Shown here piece by piece: positions 58,382 to 64,000 of a stretch of DNA of 64,000 nucleotides. Within the stretch, counting starts at the first letter, position 1. Each line of letters opens with the position of its first letter. The stretch is taken from positions 458,853 through 522,852 of the forward strand of contig CAWINB010000004.1 in the NCBI GenBank assembly GCA_963837465.1, given 5' to 3'. The stretch is from Candidatus Doudnabacteria bacterium. GTDB lineage: Bacteria; Patescibacteriota; Doudnabacteria; UBA920. The translations under genes and the position numbers were made by a program. The notes beneath the pieces were generated by a model. The model worked only from the letters and a program-made list of their open reading frames with translations, was not told the origin of the DNA and made no database searches.

Positions 58382-59698
58382 ATGCAAGCGGTCATTTTAG
58401 CAGGGGGCGCAGGGGCTCGCTTAGGGAAGCTAACAAAAAATTTACCTAAGCCTTTGGTAAAAATTGGCAGTAAATCTGTTTTGGAACACCAAATTATCCT
58501 TTTAAGGTCCTTTGGTATTAAAGATATTTTTATTTTAACGGGGTTTAAAGGTGAAAAAATTCACCAGGCTTTGGGCAATGGCCAAAAGTTAGGGGTAAAA
58601 ATTCGATATGATCACGGGCCCGTAGAATGGAATACCGCAGACCGGGTAATGCACGCAAAAAAATATATTAAGAACGACTTTTTGCTTTTGTACGGCGACG
58701 TAATGATCAATTTTGACTTAAAAAAATTTATTAAATTCCACAAAAGCAACCACAAAAACCAACTGGCAACTTTGGTGATCCATCCTAATAACCATCCGTT
58801 ACATAGTGATGTAGTTGAGCTTGGCAGCGACAATAAAATAAAAGCTTTCCACCCAAAACCCCACCCGGAAAATGTTTATTTCCGAAATTTGGTTAATGCC
58901 GGAGTTTATATTATGAGCCCAAAAATTTTCCCTATACTCAAGCGGCACCCGGGCAGCGATTTTGGCCGTACAATTTTTCCTTATATTGTAGCTTCAAAAA
59001 AAACTTTGTTGGCTTATAATTCAACAGAGTATTTCCGTGATATGGGAACTCCGGAACTGCTTGAGCAGGTTACACGGGATTACAAGGCCGGCGTTTATAA
59101 AAAAGGGAGCTTGACATTCAAACGCCAGGCAGTGTTTTTAGACAGGGACGGCGTGCTTAATGAAGAAGTTAACCAGTTAAGCAGCCCCAAAGACCTGCAT
59201 GTTTACCCTTTTTCTGCCAAAGCCCTAAAGCTTTTCAACCAAGCGGGATGCCTGGTTGTGGTTGTAACAAACCAGCCGCAAATTGCTCGCGGCTATATAA
59301 CAGAGCAGGACTTAAGATTAATTCATAATAAACTGGAATGGGAATTGGGCAAGCATGGGGCAAAAATTGACGCCATATACTATTGTCCGCACCATGTTAT
59401 TGACGCCACAGTTGTTCGCCCTGTAAAAAAGTACGCAATTGAATGCAACTGCAGGAAGCCAAAACCCGGGCTTATATACCGCGCAGCTAAAGACTTAAAT
59501 ATTGACCTAAAAAAAAGTTTTTTTGTAGGCGACAGCTTCCGCGACAGTGAGGTTGCAAAAAATGCCAAATTAAAATTCTTGGGCGTGGCTACGGGTTATG
59601 GCTGCAAAGATGCGAGTTTGAATACAGGCAGGGAACCTGAAATTTACAAAAATTTATTAGTTTTAGTTAAGAAGATGTTTAAATACCCCAAAAGGTAA
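58382..59698 (+). CDS. Fused sugar-1-phosphate nucleotidyltransferase (HddC-like) and heptose bisphosphate phosphatase (GmhB-like)
   Basis: LAGG.G.RL...PKP; FLDRDGVLN, VTNQP, CPHH, CNCRKPKPG, VGDS. Confidence 0.9.
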   Translation: MQAVILAGGAGARLGKLTKNLPKPLVKIGSKSVLEHQIILLRSFGIKDIFILTGFKGEKIHQALGNGQKLGVKIRYDHGPVEWNTADRVMHAKKYIKNDFLLLYGDVMINFDLKKFIKFHKSNHKNQLATLVIHPNNHPLHSDVVELGSDNKIKAFHPKPHPENVYFRNLVNAGVYIMSPKIFPILKRHPGSDFGRTIFPYIVASKKTLLAYNSTEYFRDMGTPELLEQVTRDYKAGVYKKGSLTFKRQAVFLDRDGVLNEEVNQLSSPKDLHVYPFSAKALKLFNQAGCLVVVVTNQPQIARGYITEQDLRLIHNKLEWELGKHGAKIDAIYYCPHHVIDATVVRPVKKYAIECNCRKPKPGLIYRAAKDLNIDLKKSFFVGDSFRDSEVAKNAKLKFLGVATGYGCKDASLNTGREPEIYKNLLVLVKKMFKYPKR

Positions 59699-59756
59699 TC
59701 CACCGGTTCCACCGGTGTGACTAGAACAGGTTTAACCGTTCCGTTAACAACAAAAA

Positions 59757-59852
59757 ACATAGTATACTTCCCCTTGGCTTGATGAGTTAAGTCATCCGGA
59801 CAAAGGACAGTATACTATGTCAGACCTTTATCACAGTTTAGCTCATTCAAAA
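59757..59852 (+). mobile_element. Possible IS200-type left-end relic
   Basis: Hairpin ACATAGTATACT...AGTATACTATGT enclosing a start codon; MSDLYHSLAHSK resembles TnpA N-terminus. Confidence 0.4.
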
Positions 59853-60009
59853 AACAAAATATCCTGGAAGCTCTGCCCAAGCTCCTGACCCTGCCAGGCC
59901 AGGGCTACACGGTGGCTTTGGGAAAAGGTGAATAGTTACTTTTTAAAGATTTGTAAACAACATCTAAAACTGTTAAAATCATAAGTAATTATGCTTTTTA
60001 GATAAACTT

Positions 60010-60996
60010 ATGATTATTTCGAGGACGCCCTTTCGGGTTAGTTTTGTGGGAGGGGGGAGCGACTTGCCCGCTTTTTACAAGAATTTTCCCGGAGCAGTAC
60101 TGACTACTGCGATTGATAAATATGTTTATATAACCGTTAATAAAAATTTTGATTCCAGCATTCGCCTTAAATATTCGGAAGTTGAAGAAGTTGAACAACT
60201 CTCCCAAATTAAGCACCATTTAATTCGGCAGAGTTTGGAATTAATGGGCATAACAAGCCAGATTGAAATTACATCTTTGGCAGATATTCCTGTAAAAGGC
60301 ACAGGGCTTGGTTCGTCGTCTTCTTATTTAGTTGGTGTTTTAAATGCCTTGCATGCTTATAAAAAAAAGAACTCTTCGCCCGAAATTTTAGCGCAAGAAT
60401 CTTCTCGTATTGAAATGGATGTTTTAAGGCGGCCTGTTGGAAAACAGGATCATTATATTGCGGCTTATGGCGGCTTGAATTTAATAAAATTTATGCAGGA
60501 TGGGTCGGTTATTGTAGAGCCCGTGGAAATTCCGGAACATGCCAGGGCCAAACTCCAGGAGCAGTTGCATATGTTTTATACAGGCATTAGCCGGGATACT
60601 TCGGATATCCTTTCCGTGCAAACCAAAAATTTTGAAACCGGCGGACAGTATTATGCCTCTATGGAGCGCATGGTAGAGCTGGCGCATAACATGGCCGAGG
60701 ATCTGGGGCAAGGGAAGATTGAAAAGTTCGGTGAAATGCTCCATGAAAATTGGGAACTGAAGAAACAAATGGCCCATAATATTAGCAATGCCCAAATAGA
60801 CGCCTGGTATGAGGCAGCTCTAAATGCCGGAGCTACGGGCGGAAAAATTTTGGGAGCCGGCGGCGGCGGTTTTTTGTTATTGAATATTCCTCCGGAAAAA
60901 TACGAAGCGGTAAAAAAAGTTTTGCATCCCTTAGAAGAGCTGCCTTTTAATTTTGAACCCAAAGGCAGTGTAATTTTTAATATGCAAGAATTCTAA
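60010..60996 (+). CDS. hddA: D-glycero-alpha-D-manno-heptose-7-phosphate kinase (GHMP family)
   Basis: SRTPFRVSFVGGGSD, GTGLGSSS, GKQD, GGKILGAGGGGF. Confidence 0.85.
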   Translation: MIISRTPFRVSFVGGGSDLPAFYKNFPGAVLTTAIDKYVYITVNKNFDSSIRLKYSEVEEVEQLSQIKHHLIRQSLELMGITSQIEITSLADIPVKGTGLGSSSSYLVGVLNALHAYKKKNSSPEILAQESSRIEMDVLRRPVGKQDHYIAAYGGLNLIKFMQDGSVIVEPVEIPEHARAKLQEQLHMFYTGISRDTSDILSVQTKNFETGGQYYASMERMVELAHNMAEDLGQGKIEKFGEMLHENWELKKQMAHNISNAQIDAWYEAALNAGATGGKILGAGGGGFLLLNIPPEKYEAVKKVLHPLEELPFNFEPKGSVIFNMQEF

Positions 60997-61042
60997 AAGT
61001 ATTCTCCAGCCGTTGTAAGTTTAATTTTGTAAGGTAGTTCGT

Positions 61043-61594
61043 ATGGAAATAAATTCTTATTTAGAACATATCCAAAAATCTTTACCGTTAATTGATCCTG
61101 TTCAAATAGAGGCATTAGCCTGGGCAATAAGTAAATGCCGGGGGACAAATGCACGTATATTTGTTTTTGGTAACGGGGGCAGCGGGGCCAATGCCAGCCA
61201 TTTTGTGCAGGATCTGCTCAAATGCCCGGTTAAAGATTTTTCCTCAAGCTCCGGCAGGTTTGCTGCTATTTGTTTGAACGATAACACCCCGGTTGTTATG
61301 GCCTATGCCAACGATTTAGACTACAGCGAAGTTTTTCGCCAGCAGCTCATGAATTTTGCGCGTCCGGGGGACTTGGTTATAGCCATAAGCGGCAGCGGCA
61401 ACAGCAAAAATGTGCTTAAGGCCATAGAGTACGCCCTTACCGAGAAGCTGGATACTTTTGGCATATGCGGGTTTGAAGGCGGCGTCCTTTTGGGACTGGT
61501 AAAAAATGCCATACATTTTAAAACCTCAAACATGCAGGTTTTTGAAGACCTATGTTCCATTACCCTTCATGCCGTAGTAAGTAATTTATTATAA
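61043..61594 (+). CDS. gmhA: Phosphoheptose isomerase (SIS domain)
   Basis: GNGGS.A.ASH, AYAND, AISGSGNSKNV, ED...I.LH. Confidence 0.85.
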   Translation: MEINSYLEHIQKSLPLIDPVQIEALAWAISKCRGTNARIFVFGNGGSGANASHFVQDLLKCPVKDFSSSSGRFAAICLNDNTPVVMAYANDLDYSEVFRQQLMNFARPGDLVIAISGSGNSKNVLKAIEYALTEKLDTFGICGFEGGVLLGLVKNAIHFKTSNMQVFEDLCSITLHAVVSNLL

Positions 61595-61602
61595 ATATAA
61601 AA

Positions 61603-62829
61603 ATGCGACAAAAATATAATTTACTTTTTTTCCACCCCCAAGGCTTGTTTTACGGCGGTACGGAAAAGTTGCTGCAAATTTTTGCCAAGTATTTAAGCTC
61701 TGAGTTTAATGTTTTTTACGCTTACGCGCCGCAGTGCGGAGAGGAGCGAAAAGAATATTTTTCCGGAACAGCGGTAAAATTAGTGCCGTTTTCGTTTAAG
61801 AGCCAACGGGCGTATGAACCTTTTGACTATGCCGGTTTAACCCCTAAGGTTGAAGATTTGATAAACAAATACCATATAGACTGTATTTGCCTGCCCGTAT
61901 ACAGTAAGTACCAGTTTCCGCTGAATACAATTTCTGCCGCCATGCCGTTTGTGTTAACTTCTCCGTTCGGGCATTTTGCCACTAACGGGAGCGTGCAAAG
62001 GGTTTTTGTTTCCGGTAAAAGTAACCTGGAGCGCATGCAAAGGACCGGAGTGAAAATTGCGGAATTAATTTATGACCCCATAGAAGACTTTGAGCCGGGC
62101 TATTTAAACAAAGGGCCAGTTAATGATGTTGTGGTTTTTGGCAGGGTCGGCAGGGCAGATAATAATATTTTTGACCCGATATCTTTAAAGGCCTACGCGA
62201 AATTAGAAAAAAAGTACGGCAATAAGGTGAAGTATGAATGGCTTACCCCGCCGCCTGCCGCCGAACAACTGGCTAAAGAGCTGGGGCTGAATAATTTTAC
62301 AGTTGACCCCGGAACCCAGCAGGATTATTTACCCAAATTCTACCAGCGCGTAGATATTTTGGCTCACGCCCGCAAAGACGGAGAGACTTTTGGTAAAGCA
62401 ATTGCCGAGGCTATGTTGGCCGGGTTGCCAATTGTTACGCACCGTTCCCACGGTTACAATGAACATCTCTATCTTTTGGACCAAAGCTATGCCCGTTATT
62501 CGGAACCTGATGACGTAGAAAAATATTTTGAAAATATGGAGGGGTTTGTTCTTAATAAAGAAAAAATCCGTCCCATGGGGCAACTGGCCAGGAAACGTGC
62601 TTTGGAATTGTGCAGCCCAAAAGCGCAGATGCCTCATTTGCAGGAAGTGTTTTACGAGGCCGCGGAAAAGTGTACTTACTATTCGCGCCCTTCTTTTTAC
62701 CGGGGTAAAATAGTTATGTGGTGGAATAATTTTAAGCAATTCCCTTACTTTGCGGCCAAAAGGACTCTTTATAATTTTCCGTTTTTGAGCAAAAAAGCCT
62801 TGGCATTTTACCAAAAAATAAATCCATAA
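61603..62829 (+). CDS. Glycosyltransferase family 4-like
   Basis: YGGTEK, GRVGR, GETFG.AIAEAM..G.P. Confidence 0.85.
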   Translation: MRQKYNLLFFHPQGLFYGGTEKLLQIFAKYLSSEFNVFYAYAPQCGEERKEYFSGTAVKLVPFSFKSQRAYEPFDYAGLTPKVEDLINKYHIDCICLPVYSKYQFPLNTISAAMPFVLTSPFGHFATNGSVQRVFVSGKSNLERMQRTGVKIAELIYDPIEDFEPGYLNKGPVNDVVVFGRVGRADNNIFDPISLKAYAKLEKKYGNKVKYEWLTPPPAAEQLAKELGLNNFTVDPGTQQDYLPKFYQRVDILAHARKDGETFGKAIAEAMLAGLPIVTHRSHGYNEHLYLLDQSYARYSEPDDVEKYFENMEGFVLNKEKIRPMGQLARKRALELCSPKAQMPHLQEVFYEAAEKCTYYSRPSFYRGKIVMWWNNFKQFPYFAAKRTLYNFPFLSKKALAFYQKINP

Positions 62830-62833
62830 AACC

Positions 62834-63745
62834 ATGACTTGGAGCAAGCAGGAAATAATTTTAAAATCTTTAAGCTTTTTGAGCCGGCTTTTGGGCAAGG
62901 AATTTATTTATTATTCCAAAAATGAACATAATGGCCTCGGCATGACTGCAGTCAAATCGAGCTACGGGTTTTGGTATGCTGGCAATCTGCTGTCGCCTAA
63001 AGACATTGCCTATGGTATTTTAAATAACGGCTTAATGGAAAAAGAGGGGAGTGAATTGGTGGAAAAGATTTTGGGCTTTGAGCTGAAAAACAAAGCGGAG
63101 TTTACTTTTTATGATATTGGTGCCAACACCGGATACTTCGGGGTTTTAGCCTCATTTTTGGGAAAAGGCAAAGTTATTACCTATGCTTTTGAGCCGCTAA
63201 AGGAGTATAATGTAGTGGAGAATGAAACAATCCGCCTTAACCGTTTGGAGGGGATTTGCTCTGTTTTTAGTGTTGCTTTGGACAGTAAGCCCGGGTACGC
63301 CGATTTTTTCCTTGCCGGAACCGGCTCTACGCTGGATCCGAGTTTTTTGGGCAAAGGACAATACGGCAAAAGGCAAGTTGAGAAAGTTGTTTTAGACCAG
63401 TATATTCAAACTCAAAAATTAAAAGTCCCGGATTTTTTAAAAATAGACGTAGAGGGCCTTGAGTACGGGGTGCTAAGCGGTTCCGCGGCAACGTTAAAAC
63501 AAAATTTACCCGTAATTTGGTACGAAACCGCGGCGTATAATAAGTCGAGGCGGTACGTAAACCCTAATTTTTTAAATACAATAAATTTATTGGAGCAGCT
63601 GGGTTATGAAATTTTTACTACCACAAATAAGGCCTTGCAAAAAGTAAACGGAGAATTTAGCCAAGACGGCTCCCATATGTTTTTAGCTTTACATAACCAA
63701 AAGCACCGGGACTTAAAACTTTTTTTAAACAGCAAAAATAATTAA
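62834..63745 (+). CDS. FkbM family methyltransferase
   Basis: YDIGANTG, AFEP, LKIDVEG.E. Confidence 0.9.
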   Translation: MTWSKQEIILKSLSFLSRLLGKEFIYYSKNEHNGLGMTAVKSSYGFWYAGNLLSPKDIAYGILNNGLMEKEGSELVEKILGFELKNKAEFTFYDIGANTGYFGVLASFLGKGKVITYAFEPLKEYNVVENETIRLNRLEGICSVFSVALDSKPGYADFFLAGTGSTLDPSFLGKGQYGKRQVEKVVLDQYIQTQKLKVPDFLKIDVEGLEYGVLSGSAATLKQNLPVIWYETAAYNKSRRYVNPNFLNTINLLEQLGYEIFTTTNKALQKVNGEFSQDGSHMFLALHNQKHRDLKLFLNSKNN

Positions 63746-63754
63746 ATTATTAGA

Positions 63755-64000
63755 ATGAACCTTAAGGAAAAGTTCAAAAATAAATTAAAAAAGCTCTCAG
63801 GGGTTTTACAAAAACCAACCAGCAGTTATAACGACCACGAAATGTGGTTTCAAAGTCCTGATGTTGTTGAACAAGAGCGTAAGCTGGCTTTGGAAAAAGA
63901 AGATTCAAATACTTTTAACAAGCCGGAGTTTAGGGTTTTGGATTTGCTGGCAAAATATCCCGCGGTGCGCGGTGTAGCCGTAGATATTGGCTCCGGGGCC
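63755..64000 (+). CDS. SAM-dependent methyltransferase, 3'-truncated by window edge
   Basis: Open frame from ATG 63755 ending VAVDIGSGA. Confidence 0.65.
   Translation, partial: MNLKEKFKNKLKKLSGVLQKPTSSYNDHEMWFQSPDVVEQERKLALEKEDSNTFNKPEFRVLDLLAKYPAVRGVAVDIGSGA

Noticed and set aside
335-63369. Numerous short antisense or overlapping track ORFs
   Set aside because: They lie within well-supported genes and show no independent motifs.
1-64000. Alternative genetic code (TGA recoding)
   Set aside because: Conserved genes are full length under code 11, and TGA ends the genes at 9918 and 44354.

Overview
64-kb chromosomal window, standard genetic code, most likely from a CPR/Patescibacteria bacterium (inferred from gene content and style, not from a marker gene). 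1-26.8 kb is housekeeping: nrdJ 3' end, GIY-YIG nuclease, btuR, comEC, cyclophilin, ndk, Rel/SpoT, mutM, groES-groEL with a CIRCE variant, rpmF, nusB, HU, tRNA-Gly with a 1.3-kb att-flanked insert, SAM-I riboswitch plus metK, and a tkt-glpX-aldolase-LOG-transaldolase cluster. 27-32.2 kb is an AT-rich island at tRNA-Pro with a recombinase relic, a PD-(D/E)XK nuclease and a TM-protein / CD-NTase-like / HEPN-like operon. 32.4-64 kb is a surface locus: a 1316-aa adhesin-like protein, a probable S-layer protein with a ~720-nt structured leader, an O-antigen-ligase-like protein and a long glycan biosynthesis cluster including GDP-heptose genes. Best leads: (1) four-helix-bundle (IVS/Avd-like) genes bracketed by inverted 7-9-nt tandem-repeat arms, with gene-less copies of the same architecture in many operons; (2) an orphan ~520-nt structured RNA with its own promoter and terminator; (3) the CBASS-like operon with non-canonical partners; (4) palindromic repeats inserted in frame into mutM, tkt and glpX. 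All product calls are by-eye motif recognition; no database search or folding program was run.
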